A DNA stretch of 64,000 nt from Candidatus Uhrbacteria bacterium GW2011_GWE2_46_68 (GCA_001002765.1 LCMS01000007.1:8170-72169); one strand, 5' to 3'. Counted from the first letter of the stretch, positions 40,233-50,104 are shown. Made by a program: numbers and translations. The notes: a model not told the origin generated them from the letters alone.

Positions 40233-41676
40233 AGATCGAAGGTTCCTTTTGCCAGAATGTTTGTATAGAAACCTGGTACTCCTTGGGAATACTTTTGGTG
40301 ATAAAAAGCATTGCTAGATATGTGAGAGCGGCAAAAGGAATAACTGCCCAAAATGGAAAAATAAAAAGAAGAAATTTCGCCACGATAGCCATAACTCCTC
40401 CGCTTAAAAAAATGGGGAGACACATTTTTCCTAGGGCCCAAAGAGGATAACCGGGGATAATCTTTGGTACAAAAAAAAGCCCGGCAAAAAACATGAACGT
40501 AAAGCTGACCAAGGCGGCAATCGCCGCACCAGGAACACCAAAAAGTGGAATAAACCAGATATTAAGAAAAACGTTGATGCTCATTGTTGCACCCATGATG
40601 ACTGTCTTAGTGGACTGCCGATACGCGGCGTTCAAAAGAGAACCGATGGGATAATCGAGAAAAATCGGAAGAAGGACAAAGACTAAAATAGCGAGTACTG
40701 GTCCGGAGTTTGTATACCCCTCTCCTGCCAATCGCACCACAGGGGAAGCGATGGCCCAAAGACCAAACACAATGGGGGTGGCAAGAACAGCCATATACCA
40801 CATGGCTTTTTCAAAAATGTGACGTAAAGCTACAAGATCTTTTTCTATAAGTTCACTTAATCCAGGATAAAGAGCTGCCACAAAAGCGAGAGGGAGAAAT
40901 TGAAATGCATAGGTGTATTTATATGCAACACTATAAATACCTACAGCTTCGGTTCCAAGATATTTTGCAATCAAAATAGAATCCGTATAGGAATAAATTT
41001 TGACGAAGATGGCTGCAAGGGCAAAAGGAAAGGCTGCACGCAAAAAAAGTAAACTTGTTTCTTTTTGCCAAGAAGGAAAAAGACAATGTATTCCATAAAG
41101 ATGCGCCACCCGAGACGCAGAAAAAAGAACATTAAATCCACTACCGGTGACAAGAGCAATGATCAACAGAGGGAGGGAGGGGGAAAAAAAAAGGACAATA
41201 GATCCAAATAAAGCTGTGATGCCTTGTCCGACAAACATGCCCAATGATTCATACTGCAATCGATGTTGACCGCGCAGTACTCCGTAATATAGCAGGGAAA
41301 ATGCATCTAACGTCAAAACAAAGCAGGCGATGACAATTAACGAGCGTAAAAAAGGATCATATCCAAGAAAAAATCCTGCCCCCAGAGACCCCAATATCCC
41401 CAAAAAAAGAAAAGGAATTTTCAATCCAAGTGCGCGACGGATAATAGAAACAGTCTGCTCGGGGAAACGGGCTATCTCACGGATCACAACCGAAGTAATG
41501 CCAAAATCCGCAACAACAGAAAAAATCGTGGTAATGGAAAGGGCAAGAAAATAAACACCCGTATTTTCTGGCATCATGATTCTGGCTACAAACAAAAAAT
41601 AGAGAAAAGCGATCACTTTTTGCCCAATGGAAGCCGTGGTAAAAAAGAAAGTATTTTTGGCTATTTTATGCACCAC
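40222..41676 (-). CDS. oligosaccharide flippase (Wzx/MOP superfamily)
   Basis: 484 aa; ~12-14 TM helices; polysaccharide-biosynthesis-protein family layout. Confidence 0.75.
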   Translation of the reverse strand: MVHKIAKNTFFFTTASIGQKVIAFLYFLFVARIMMPENTGVYFLALSITTIFSVVADFGITSVVIREIARFPEQTVSIIRRALGLKIPFLFLGILGSLGAGFFLGYDPFLRSLIVIACFVLTLDAFSLLYYGVLRGQHRLQYESLGMFVGQGITALFGSIVLFFSPSLPLLIIALVTGSGFNVLFSASRVAHLYGIHCLFPSWQKETSLLFLRAAFPFALAAIFVKIYSYTDSILIAKYLGTEAVGIYSVAYKYTYAFQFLPLAFVAALYPGLSELIEKDLVALRHIFEKAMWYMAVLATPIVFGLWAIASPVVRLAGEGYTNSGPVLAILVFVLLPIFLDYPIGSLLNAAYRQSTKTVIMGATMSINVFLNIWFIPLFGVPGAAIAALVSFTFMFFAGLFFVPKIIPGYPLWALGKMCLPIFLSGGVMAIVAKFLLFIFPFWAVIPFAALTYLAMLFITKSIPKEYQVSIQTFWQKEPSIYVE

Positions 41677-41711
41677 AATGCTCGTATGGTATCAAAAAAG
41701 ACTTGTTTCCT

Positions 41712-41740
41712 CAAACAAAAAAAGGCAGCCGTTTGCTGCC
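41712..41740 (-). terminator. Rho-independent terminator
   Basis: ggcagc-cgttt-gctgcc hairpin; on the minus strand followed by a T7 run, 6 nt after the stop of the 41746 gene. Confidence 0.6.
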
Positions 41741-41745
41741 TGCCA

Positions 41746-42660
41746 TTACCCTCCAAAGAGCGTAAGATTCCCGAGATTCGCGATATTGCGTTCATACGCT
41801 TTCATCATATCTGCCAATTTGCCACCCGCATCAAAAACCGTATGATCTTGTCCTTGGAATTTATACCCGTGTCTTTCTTGTAATTCCCTGGCAGACGAAG
41901 GGTTTTCTACAAAAATAGCGCGCCATAAGCTATCCAACGGACGCTGCAGCTGTTTTTCAAAGAGCCTCCTGCAGGCCTCACGCGTCTCATTTTCCTTCCA
42001 TCGATCCATGAGAGGAACTGTAGGAACAGAAACCGGAATCGGAATTTTTTCACTGAGCCTATCGCCAAGAAAAAATCGAGCTGTGGGAATACCTACTCGT
42101 TTTGTGAGTGGATCGACCCATGAACGCGGAAGAAAAAAGTAATAGGTGGCGTGTACGCGTCGGTTGATTGCTTCTGCAGTGCGTGCTTCATAACGCAATC
42201 CTTCAAACGCATCAGGAACAAACCACATGATAGGAAGATGATTTGGAGTCAAAAAATAGAAAATATCCACAACACCACCTTCGTGCTCGGGGCGAAGGAT
42301 GGCCGTCAGACCCAAGAGCATTTGTTCGATATCTATTTGGATGCTATAGCGAACTCTGTCTGCTCTGGCAAACATACGACGAGTCACATGCTCATGAGCA
42401 GGACTGAATGTCACACTCCAACGTACCAACACGGCATTCTCATCATTTTGAGCACATGTGGTGATAGAGTGAATGCGTATGCGCATACCGATGAGTGCAG
42501 GCACTTCACCCGTAGAAATGGGAGCGGAAAAAGAAACCATTGGGACGTTCAATTCCTTCAAAAACTTCTGCACTTGGGCGTTGTTGGTACTGACAATTTC
42601 CCGGCGTCCTGGATAACGAACCTGTTCTGTGAGGGAAAGCTCACTTTTCCAGATAATCAT
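41746..42660 (-). CDS. hypothetical protein
   Basis: Start taken at MIIWKSELS, which has GGAGG 8 nt upstream (the ORF could extend to 42711); no family recognised. Confidence 0.5.
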   Translation of the reverse strand: MIIWKSELSLTEQVRYPGRREIVSTNNAQVQKFLKELNVPMVSFSAPISTGEVPALIGMRIRIHSITTCAQNDENAVLVRWSVTFSPAHEHVTRRMFARADRVRYSIQIDIEQMLLGLTAILRPEHEGGVVDIFYFLTPNHLPIMWFVPDAFEGLRYEARTAEAINRRVHATYYFFLPRSWVDPLTKRVGIPTARFFLGDRLSEKIPIPVSVPTVPLMDRWKENETREACRRLFEKQLQRPLDSLWRAIFVENPSSARELQERHGYKFQGQDHTVFDAGGKLADMMKAYERNIANLGNLTLFGG

Positions 42661-42724
42661 GAAAAGGGCCTCCGTGGGTTGGAAAGAGCGTCTGTAGTAA
42701 ACCAAAACCATTCCTAAAAGTCAA

Positions 42725-42753
42725 AACACTCCCGAAGGAGTGTTTTTTTGTTT
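42725..42753 (-). terminator. hairpin terminator downstream of rpsI
   Basis: acactcc-cgaa-ggagtgt perfect hairpin 12 nt after the rpsI stop. The U-run is stronger on the plus strand (T7) than on the minus strand (TTGACTTTT). Confidence 0.45.
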
Positions 42754-42755
42754 GT

Positions 42756-43163
42756 CTAACGCTTGGACCACTGAGGACTGCGGCGTGCGGATTTTTTTCC
42801 GTATTTTTTTCGTTCTCGTACGCGAGCATCTCGACTCAAATAGCCTTCTTTCTTTAATGTCGTGCGTAAGGAAGCATTCCACTCAACAAGAGCTCGTGCA
42901 ACCCCCAATTGAACACTGTCGGCCTGCCCTGTAATTCCTCCACCCTTTACCTGAACCGTCACATCGAATTGGTTCGCCATACCAATTTTTTCAAAAGGAA
43001 GCATAACCTTTTGTAGCATGGTTTCGATCGTAAAATATTCTTTAGCCTCACGCTTATTGATCGTTACCTTCCCTGTCCCATTGGGATAGAGACGAACTTG
43101 TGCCACAGCCTCCTTTCGTCGACCGATGGTTTGAATATAGGTCTTGTTCGGTGTGTCTTCCAT
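42756..43163 (-). CDS. rpsI: 30S ribosomal protein S9
   Basis: C-terminal ...KKSARRSPQWSKR and GGGITGQA motifs. Confidence 0.95.
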   Translation of the reverse strand: MEDTPNKTYIQTIGRRKEAVAQVRLYPNGTGKVTINKREAKEYFTIETMLQKVMLPFEKIGMANQFDVTVQVKGGGITGQADSVQLGVARALVEWNASLRTTLKKEGYLSRDARVRERKKYGKKSARRSPQWSKR

Positions 43164-43164
43164 A

Positions 43165-43521
43165 CTAGTTTGAAATAGTCAAACGCTTCATGCGTTCTTT
43201 ACGCCAAGAATTTTTTGGGAGCATGCGTGAAACAGCTCGACGTAATACTTCGGCTGGATCCTTCTGCCATATTTGTTTTACAGAAGTTGTCTTTAAACCA
43301 TGAGGATAAGTGGAATGATGGTAATAGGACTTTTGATCCATTTTCTTTCCGGTTAAAATCATTCCTGCCGCATGAATCACTTCTATAAAATCTCCTTCGT
43401 CCAAATGAGATTGAAAACTCGGTTTATGCTTTCCGATCAAATGTGCTGCAATATCAGTCGCAATACGCCCCACAGCTTTTCCTTTCGCATCAACCGTATA
43501 AATATTTTTTTTGGGTGTTGC
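43165..43521 (-). CDS. rplM: 50S ribosomal protein L13
   Basis: Start at MATPKKNIYTVDAKGK; L13 family. Confidence 0.9.
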   Translation of the reverse strand, partial: ATPKKNIYTVDAKGKAVGRIATDIAAHLIGKHKPSFQSHLDEGDFIEVIHAAGMILTGKKMDQKSYYHHSTYPHGLKTTSVKQIWQKDPAEVLRRAVSRMLPKNSWRKERMKRLTISN

Positions 43522-43525
43522 CATA

Positions 43526-43876
43526 CTAAACAAGTTCAATAAGAACCATATCGGCGCCATCATTGGGGCGATGGCCTAATTTTGTGATACGTGTATATCC
43601 TCCTTGTCGATCGTGATAGCGAGGACCAAGAACTTCAAAAATTTTTTTAATAGGATGATCTGTGTAGAAAAACGTGAGGAGAAGACGACGAGCGCTTAAA
43701 GAATCTTTTTTTCCTTTTGTTATCGCTTTCTCAACCAATGGTTGAACGGCTTTTGCTTTTGCAGCTGTTGTTTTTACTTTTTCATATAAAATAACGCTCG
43801 CTGCTAAATTGCGCAGCATAGCCTCTCTGGGAGCTTTTGCTCGATCAAGAATGGTTCCTGATTTTCTATGACGCAT
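43526..43876 (-). CDS. rplQ: 50S ribosomal protein L17
   Basis: MRHRKSGTILDRAKAPREAMLRNL N-terminus typical of L17. Confidence 0.93.
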   Translation of the reverse strand: MRHRKSGTILDRAKAPREAMLRNLAASVILYEKVKTTAAKAKAVQPLVEKAITKGKKDSLSARRLLLTFFYTDHPIKKIFEVLGPRYHDRQGGYTRITKLGHRPNDGADMVLIELV

Positions 43877-43898
43877 ACATCACGTAATAATTCATTCG

Positions 43899-44642
43899 TT
43901 AACGATCCTCCTCGGTTGTAAAATTCTCTTGCTCAGTGCGATGAAGAATAGAATCTGCATGAGGCATAAGAAGCATGAAATGATCCATAAGGATCTTTGC
44001 TGACTGACGCACTGCTTCTTCGGCAGTGATAGTACCATCTGTTTCAATGGCCATGACCAAACGATCGTAGTTCGTAATTTCTCCCACGCGTGTGTTTTCG
44101 ACGCGATATCCCACATTGCGCACAGGCGAAAAAAGGGCATCGATTGCAATCATTCCAATCACTTGACTCTCTGTTCGTCGTTCTTCAGTGGGACTATATC
44201 CACGACCTCGAGAAACAACCAATTCCATATCAATCTCTGATTTTGTATCAGTCAAGGTCGCAATTTTATGATCACCATTGATGATTTCCACATCGGCGTT
44301 TGCTTCAATATCCTCTGCGGTCACTTCCTTTTTCCCTGAAGTTTTCAAACGAAGCAAGACGGGTTCTTCTTGAAAACATTTCAAACGGAGACCTTTGATA
44401 TTTAAAATGATTTCCAGTGCATCTTCCTTCACACCTTCAATAGCCTGAAATTCATGGTTCACGCCTTTAATTTTTACAGCCGTGATAGCGGCGCCGGCAA
44501 GAGAAGAAAGCAATACACGTCGAAGAGCGTTTCCAATGGTTGTTCCATACCCATGAAAACAAGGCTCCATGATCAGTGTCCCCTCATGGGGCCTCTCACC
44601 TGCCTCAAAGGTGATGTGATTAGGAAGAAGGATATTCTCCAT
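43899..44642 (-). CDS. rpoA: DNA-directed RNA polymerase subunit alpha, N-terminal domain only
   Basis: 247 aa; alpha-NTD dimerisation/assembly region conserved; ORF ends 22 nt before rplQ, leaving no room for an alpha-CTD. Confidence 0.9.
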   Translation of the reverse strand: MENILLPNHITFEAGERPHEGTLIMEPCFHGYGTTIGNALRRVLLSSLAGAAITAVKIKGVNHEFQAIEGVKEDALEIILNIKGLRLKCFQEEPVLLRLKTSGKKEVTAEDIEANADVEIINGDHKIATLTDTKSEIDMELVVSRGRGYSPTEERRTESQVIGMIAIDALFSPVRNVGYRVENTRVGEITNYDRLVMAIETDGTITAEEAVRQSAKILMDHFMLLMPHADSILHRTEQENFTTEEDR

Positions 44643-44669
44643 AGATGTTCAAGCAAATTATGCTTGCTA

Positions 44670-45290
44670 TTAACGAGAATAAAATTCCACGATAAGGGTC
44701 GGATCGAATACCTGTCGAAGATCCTCCCCCTCAGGAATGGCTGTTATTTTCCCTGTTGTTGTTGTGCTATCGAAACTCAACCATTTTGGTGTTTCGTGTT
44801 TTTGGATACCATCTAAATTCTCTTTTGTAACCCCCTTCTGTATCTTTGAATCTTTAATTTTGATTTCATCTCCAATCTGTACACGGAAAGAAGGGATGTC
44901 CACTGATTTTCCGTTGACCATAATAAAACCATGAGAAACCATTTGACGTGCTTGTCGACGAGTTTTTCCTAAACCTAAACGATAAATGACATTATCTAAA
45001 CGGCTTTCTAAAACTTGTACGAGAAATTCCGCTGTATTGCCTTTGCGACTTGAAGCTTCTTCCACATAACGGACAAATTGTTTTTCCAAGATTCCATATA
45101 ACCGTTTTGCTTTTTGTTTCTCACGCAACTGCAATCCATATCCGGAAAGACGAGGTCGATGTTTCAAATATTTAGGACCGTGGACACCTGGTGGAAAATG
45201 ACGACGCTTGAGTGCACAATGATCTTTTCCACAAAGCGAAACTCCTTCGCGACGGCACATTTTGCAACTTATTTTCATTTTTGATGCCAT
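44670..45290 (-). CDS. rpsD: 30S ribosomal protein S4
   Basis: N-terminal Cys cluster (CKMCRREG...CGKDHC) and S4 domain. Confidence 0.93.
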   Translation of the reverse strand: MASKMKISCKMCRREGVSLCGKDHCALKRRHFPPGVHGPKYLKHRPRLSGYGLQLREKQKAKRLYGILEKQFVRYVEEASSRKGNTAEFLVQVLESRLDNVIYRLGLGKTRRQARQMVSHGFIMVNGKSVDIPSFRVQIGDEIKIKDSKIQKGVTKENLDGIQKHETPKWLSFDSTTTTGKITAIPEGEDLRQVFDPTLIVEFYSR

Positions 45291-45298
45291 AGATTCCT

Positions 45299-45700
45299 TT
45301 AAACTCTACGTGGACGTGATGGCCGACAACCATTGTGTGGGAGTGGCGTAATGTCCTTAATTGACAATACATGGAAACCATTTGCATTGAGAGCTCGTAC
45401 GGCTGAATCACGTCCAGAACCAACGCCTTTTACATAGACATTCAATTCTTTGACTCCAATGTCTTTTACCTTTTCTGCAACAGATTTTACAATTGTACTT
45501 GCTGCATAAGGTGTAGACTTTTTTGGTCCTTTGAAACCACAATTTCCTGCACTCGCCCATGCAAGCGTATTTCCATTCAAATCTGTAATCGTAATAATGG
45601 TGTTGTTGTATGTTGCCTGAATATAAGCGCAACCATGAGAGACTTGCTTAACAATTTTTTTCTTTTTCGTCTTGGTTTTTACGCTAGGGGTCGTTGTCAT
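45299..45700 (-). CDS. rpsK: 30S ribosomal protein S11
   Basis: [32 protein letters not shown]. Confidence 0.95.
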   Translation of the reverse strand: MTTTPSVKTKTKKKKIVKQVSHGCAYIQATYNNTIITITDLNGNTLAWASAGNCGFKGPKKSTPYAASTIVKSVAEKVKDIGVKELNVYVKGVGSGRDSAVRALNANGFHVLSIKDITPLPHNGCRPSRPRRV

Positions 45701-45701
45701 A

Positions 45702-46088
45702 TTAGGTCTTTGTCAAGGTGCGTTTACCGCTTCCTGTTGTGCGTCTCACATTGCCGCGCACTGTACGAGAATTCGTTTTCGTTCGTTGACCACGTACCGG
45801 CAAATGTTTCATATGTCGTGTCCCACGATAACAATTGATATCCTTTAGACGCTTAATAAAAGAGAGGACGTCACGTCGTAAATCACCCTCTAGACGATAT
45901 TGTTTCTCGATCAACTGACGCAGTTGATTCACTTCTTCCTCTGTAAGATCTTTTGTACGCTTTTCTGGATCAACACCTGCGGTTTTTAATGTCTGTAAAG
46001 CACGTGTCTTTCCAATACCATAAATATACGTGAGAGAAACGACGATGCTTTTATTTGTAGGGAGGGTTACTCCGGCTATACGTGCCAT
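45702..46088 (-). CDS. rpsM: 30S ribosomal protein S13
   Basis: [26 protein letters not shown]. Confidence 0.95.
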   Translation of the reverse strand: MARIAGVTLPTNKSIVVSLTYIYGIGKTRALQTLKTAGVDPEKRTKDLTEEEVNQLRQLIEKQYRLEGDLRRDVLSFIKRLKDINCYRGTRHMKHLPVRGQRTKTNSRTVRGNVRRTTGSGKRTLTKT

Positions 46089-46091
46089 AAT

Positions 46092-46205
46092 TTATCCTTG
46101 ACGTTGCTTATGACGTGGATTTTTACAAATAACGATAACGCGCCCCTCTCGACGAAGGACTTTACAATCTCGACAAATTTTTTTTGCAGAAGCTCGAACC
46201 TTCAT
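46092..46205 (-). CDS. rpmJ: 50S ribosomal protein L36
   Basis: Not in the ORF track (under 60 aa). Minus-strand translation is [37 protein letters not shown] with a C-x2-C...C-x4-H zinc ribbon, in the canonical infA-rpmJ-rpsM position. Confidence 0.9.
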   Translation of the reverse strand: MKVRASAKKICRDCKVLRREGRVIVICKNPRHKQRQG

Positions 46206-46268
46206 ACAGTAAGAGATGAACAAACGCCATCGAACTTCATTCGATGACGTTGTAAAAGAGAATAAAGA

Positions 46269-46493
46269 TTAGTATCGGTAGACAATGCGTCCTTTCGTTA
46301 CATCATAAGGACTCATCTCCATTTTTACTTCATCCCCCGGAAGAAGACGAATGCGATTCATGCGCATCTTTCCTGAGAGATGTCCGATCACTTTTTGCCC
46401 ATTTTCAAGACAAACTCTGAAGTTGGCTGAAGGAAGCAATTCCTCAACGATTCCGTGTACCTCAATAAAATCTTTTGCTAACGTTTGACTCAT
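46269..46493 (-). CDS. infA: translation initiation factor IF-1
   Basis: 74 aa S1-like OB fold: [43 protein letters not shown]. Confidence 0.95.
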   Translation of the reverse strand: MSQTLAKDFIEVHGIVEELLPSANFRVCLENGQKVIGHLSGKMRMNRIRLLPGDEVKMEMSPYDVTKGRIVYRY

Positions 46494-46602
46494 ACATGAT
46501 TAAAAGTGCGAGAATTCGCACGACTTTTTTACACAAAAACTGCTAAAAGTCTATCAATTTCTTTTACGTCGTGCAAACCTCCTCCTAAACAAATGCGCGG
46601 CT

Positions 46603-46631
46603 ATTGTAGGGTTTTCTGTTTTGACTGTCAA
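46603..46631 (-). promoter_or_regulatory. sigma70-type promoter for the infA-rpmJ-rpsM... operon
   Basis: On the minus strand: TTGACA (plus 46626-46631), 17-nt spacer, TACAAT (plus 46603-46608). The ~100-nt leader contains AGGAGGAGG and a GTGCGA-attc-TCGCAC hairpin followed by UUUUAAUC just before the infA ATG. Confidence 0.6.
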
Positions 46632-46658
46632 GGAATCAGAGGGGAGTTTTCCCCAATT

Positions 46659-48446
46659 TTAAGCCATTTTCTCAAGAGTGGCTTTGATTCTCCTAATACC
46701 TGCGGCCACCGCTTCTTCTTTGGTGATCTTAAAATGCCCCAAATTGGCTGTATTCTCTACATGAGGCCCCCCGCAAACCTCTTTGCTCACATATCCTCTT
46801 TTTTCATCCCCAATAAAATATACTTTTACTTGAGAACCTAATTTTTCGTATTTTTCTTCAAAAACACCCAAAGCTCCTTTTTCTTTCGCTGTGGCCAACG
46901 GCATATTCTCAAACCTTACGGGCAAAGCCCTCTTTATCTGTTCATTCACAAACTGCTCTACTGCTTGAAGTTGTTCGGAAGAAAGTTTTTCCCCATGAGA
47001 AAAATCAAAACGCAATCTCTCCTCGGTAATATTGGATCCTCGCTGAAAAACATGAGGACCTAATGTTTGACGAAGAGCTGACTGCAATAAGTGTGTAACC
47101 GTATGGAGTTTGGTTGTTTTCTCTGAATGATCTGCAAGACCTCCGGAAAACTTCCTCTCTGCTCCGGCACGGGAAAGATCCTGATGTTTCTTAAATTCCT
47201 CAGTAAACTTTTGACGATCAACCGTTTGTCCCTTCTCTTGTATTAATTCTTCCGTGAGTTCTAAAGGAAAACCAAACGTAGAATAAAGAATAAAAGCACT
47301 TTCTCCACGAATCTGGTGATCCTTTTCAAACATCTTTTCAAATTCTCTCAACCCTTTTTCTAGTGTTTTTAAAAACTTCTCTTCCTCTTGTGTCAAAGCA
47401 GAAAAAATGGATTGTGCGTTTTTTTCTAGCTCTGGATAAAATTCTTGGAGATCCTTAATGACAACAGATGCGAGAGCGGACAAAAAAGGTTTTGTCATGC
47501 TCAATGATCTACCATAACGAACGGCACGACGAATTAAACGCCTTAAAACATACCCCTGATCCTTATTGGAAGGAGTAATCCCCTCACTTATGATCATGGT
47601 TGCTGCGCGCACATGATCCGCAATGATACGCATGGCACGAATTGTATCCTCAGATTGACGATAGGCCTTTCCACTCATAGCCTCTTCTGTCTGTATCAAA
47701 CGTTGAAATGAATCGATTTCATAGACAGAAGGCAAATCGTTCAACGCCACGACTGTTCGTTCCACACCCATCCCCGTGTCCACATTTGGTTTTGAAAGAA
47801 GATGAAGGTTTCCCATCTCATCTTTACGATATTGCATAAATACATTGTTCCAAATCTCCACCCACCGTTTTTCTTTGGAATCAAACGTTTCTGGTGCCGG
47901 ATCAGAACCTGTCCAAAAGAAAATTTCCGTATCAGGTCCGCACGGACCAGTCTGGCCGGCAGGCCCCCACCAATTGTCTTCTCGTCCAAGATAAGCAATA
48001 CGCTTTTCAGATACACCTAAAGAAATCCAAAGAGCGGCAGATTCCTCATCTCTCGGCACATTCCCTTCCCCTGCAAAAACTGTAAAAGCCAATTTTTCCA
48101 AAGGAAGCTGTAATACTTTGGTCAAAAACTCAAAACTCCAAATAATAGACTCTTTTTTGAAATAATCTTGTAACGACCAATTTCCTAACATCTCAAAAAA
48201 GGTAAGATGCGTATCATCACCTACTTCATCAATGTCCCCTGTCCGAATGCATTTTTGTATATTGACCAAGCGTCGTCCTGCCGGATGAGCCTCACCCAAA
48301 AGATAGGGAACCAAAGGTTGCATTCCCGCAGTAATAAACAAAGCGGTTGGATCATTTTCCGGAATCAAAGATGCCGAAGGAATAACGGCATGATCTTTCT
48401 GGGAAAAAAAATGTAGATACGCTTCGCGTAATTCTCGTACGGTCAT
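46659..48446 (-). CDS. alaS: alanine--tRNA ligase, truncated form lacking the C-Ala domain
   Basis: 595 aa; class II catalytic core; editing-domain motifs HTVTHLLQ and CGGPHV; no C-terminal oligomerisation domain. Confidence 0.9.
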   Translation of the reverse strand: MTVRELREAYLHFFSQKDHAVIPSASLIPENDPTALFITAGMQPLVPYLLGEAHPAGRRLVNIQKCIRTGDIDEVGDDTHLTFFEMLGNWSLQDYFKKESIIWSFEFLTKVLQLPLEKLAFTVFAGEGNVPRDEESAALWISLGVSEKRIAYLGREDNWWGPAGQTGPCGPDTEIFFWTGSDPAPETFDSKEKRWVEIWNNVFMQYRKDEMGNLHLLSKPNVDTGMGVERTVVALNDLPSVYEIDSFQRLIQTEEAMSGKAYRQSEDTIRAMRIIADHVRAATMIISEGITPSNKDQGYVLRRLIRRAVRYGRSLSMTKPFLSALASVVIKDLQEFYPELEKNAQSIFSALTQEEEKFLKTLEKGLREFEKMFEKDHQIRGESAFILYSTFGFPLELTEELIQEKGQTVDRQKFTEEFKKHQDLSRAGAERKFSGGLADHSEKTTKLHTVTHLLQSALRQTLGPHVFQRGSNITEERLRFDFSHGEKLSSEQLQAVEQFVNEQIKRALPVRFENMPLATAKEKGALGVFEEKYEKLGSQVKVYFIGDEKRGYVSKEVCGGPHVENTANLGHFKITKEEAVAAGIRRIKATLEKMA

Positions 48447-48481
48447 ACTGTGGACATTGTAAAGTATCTCATTTAGAGCGT

Positions 48482-50104
48482 CTATGTGGAGAATCCTCCA
48501 TCCAGTGGTACAGATTCGCTTGGCTTATATGCTCTCAAAAATTTCTTTCGCATTCCCATGATGATTGCCTGCAATTCCTCAGATCGCAAGAGAAAAGAAA
48601 CAAGGAGATAACTGGAAAGTCCTATTCCTCCGGCAAAACACCCTTGAAAAAATACACCTAAAAATGTGTCTAGAGAAAACAATTGAACAGCCACGGGTTT
48701 TAGAAGCTGTGTCACTAAGGCACATACCAAACCGGCCACTGTTGTTTTGAATAAAGCGGAAATCATTTTAGATTCCCCCAAGGTTCCTAACCGTTGTCGA
48801 AGAGGCACCCATAAAAGAGCGAGTTGAATAATGGAAGCGATGGAAAAAGCTATACCAAGCCCGATGACACCAAATATTGAGGTGAGCCAAAAAGCACTGA
48901 CAAGCCCCACCACAACAGACACAATTCCTGCCATCATGGGAGTGACAGTATCATGAAGCCCAAAAAAAGCTCGAGCCAATACATAGACAAGAGATTGTGG
49001 AATAAAAGTAAGAGAAAAAAATGCCAATGTATCTGCGGTAAGAATTGTTGCCTCCCAATCAAAGGCTCCTGCTCCTACGACCAGACGCACCATTTGCGCG
49101 CGTAAAACAAGAAAAAGAATAGTCATAGGTACCAAAAGGAACAAAAGCTGTCGCACCACATTCACAAATGTTTCCACAAAAGCCTCCACCCGTTTTCCCT
49201 CTAACAATTCTGTAAAGGTGGGAAAAGCCGCGATCGCATAAGAAATCCCAATGATCCCAACGGGAAAATATTCAATGTTATAAGCGAATTGAAAAATAGA
49301 AACACTTCCCACAGCCAATCCTGAAGCAATCATGGTAAAAAAAACAAACATGATTTGTTGCACAGCAATTCCGAGCATGCGAGGACCTGTCAGACGTATC
49401 ACTTCTTTCGTGTCATGATCCCGCGGATGAAATGTCCACTGGTAACGATATCCTGACCCATATACACCCACCACTTGTACCCCCAAGTGCAAAAGAGCCC
49501 CAAAAACTACTCCCCAGGCAAGTCCAATATCTCCCCACCAATCTACAAACCACAATGCTCCTGCAATAATGCCCAAGTTATAAAAAATGGGTGCGATCGC
49601 ATAAAGTGCAAAACGTTTCAAGCTTTGTAGTGCGCTGCCAAAAACCATGGAACAAGCCAATAGCACTTGTGCCAATAACATGATGCGAAAAAAAACCATG
49701 ACTAATTCTTGTTTTGCAAGAGAAAACCCCGGTGCAATCAAAGAAGAAAAAAATGGAGCAAACACCGCAAGAAGCAAGGAAACTCCTCCGACAGAAACTA
49801 CCACTAAATGCAAAAAATTATTTGAAAAAATCCAAGCCTTCTTTCGATCAAACGGATGGTGGTAGTACTTGCTAAAAAGAGGAATAAAGCTCGCGGATAA
49901 AGATCCGACCACAAGCAAACTGAACATGAAATCGGGAATTTTAAACGCCGCATAATAGGCATCAAGTGTATCTCCTGCTCCAAAGGCTCCGGCTAAAATA
50001 CGATCGCGTGCAAATCCCACCAATCGACTTACAAAAGAAAACAGGCCCACCATGACGGCTGCACTAATAATCGTTTTTGATTCGAGGTGAAAGAATTTAA
50101 ACAT
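48482..50104 (-). CDS. murJ: lipid II flippase MurJ
   Basis: 540 aa; 14-TM MviN/MurJ family; N-terminal FVSRLVGFARDRILAGAFG. Confidence 0.9.
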   Translation of the reverse strand: MFKFFHLESKTIISAAVMVGLFSFVSRLVGFARDRILAGAFGAGDTLDAYYAAFKIPDFMFSLLVVGSLSASFIPLFSKYYHHPFDRKKAWIFSNNFLHLVVVSVGGVSLLLAVFAPFFSSLIAPGFSLAKQELVMVFFRIMLLAQVLLACSMVFGSALQSLKRFALYAIAPIFYNLGIIAGALWFVDWWGDIGLAWGVVFGALLHLGVQVVGVYGSGYRYQWTFHPRDHDTKEVIRLTGPRMLGIAVQQIMFVFFTMIASGLAVGSVSIFQFAYNIEYFPVGIIGISYAIAAFPTFTELLEGKRVEAFVETFVNVVRQLLFLLVPMTILFLVLRAQMVRLVVGAGAFDWEATILTADTLAFFSLTFIPQSLVYVLARAFFGLHDTVTPMMAGIVSVVVGLVSAFWLTSIFGVIGLGIAFSIASIIQLALLWVPLRQRLGTLGESKMISALFKTTVAGLVCALVTQLLKPVAVQLFSLDTFLGVFFQGCFAGGIGLSSYLLVSFLLRSEELQAIIMGMRKKFLRAYKPSESVPLDGGFST

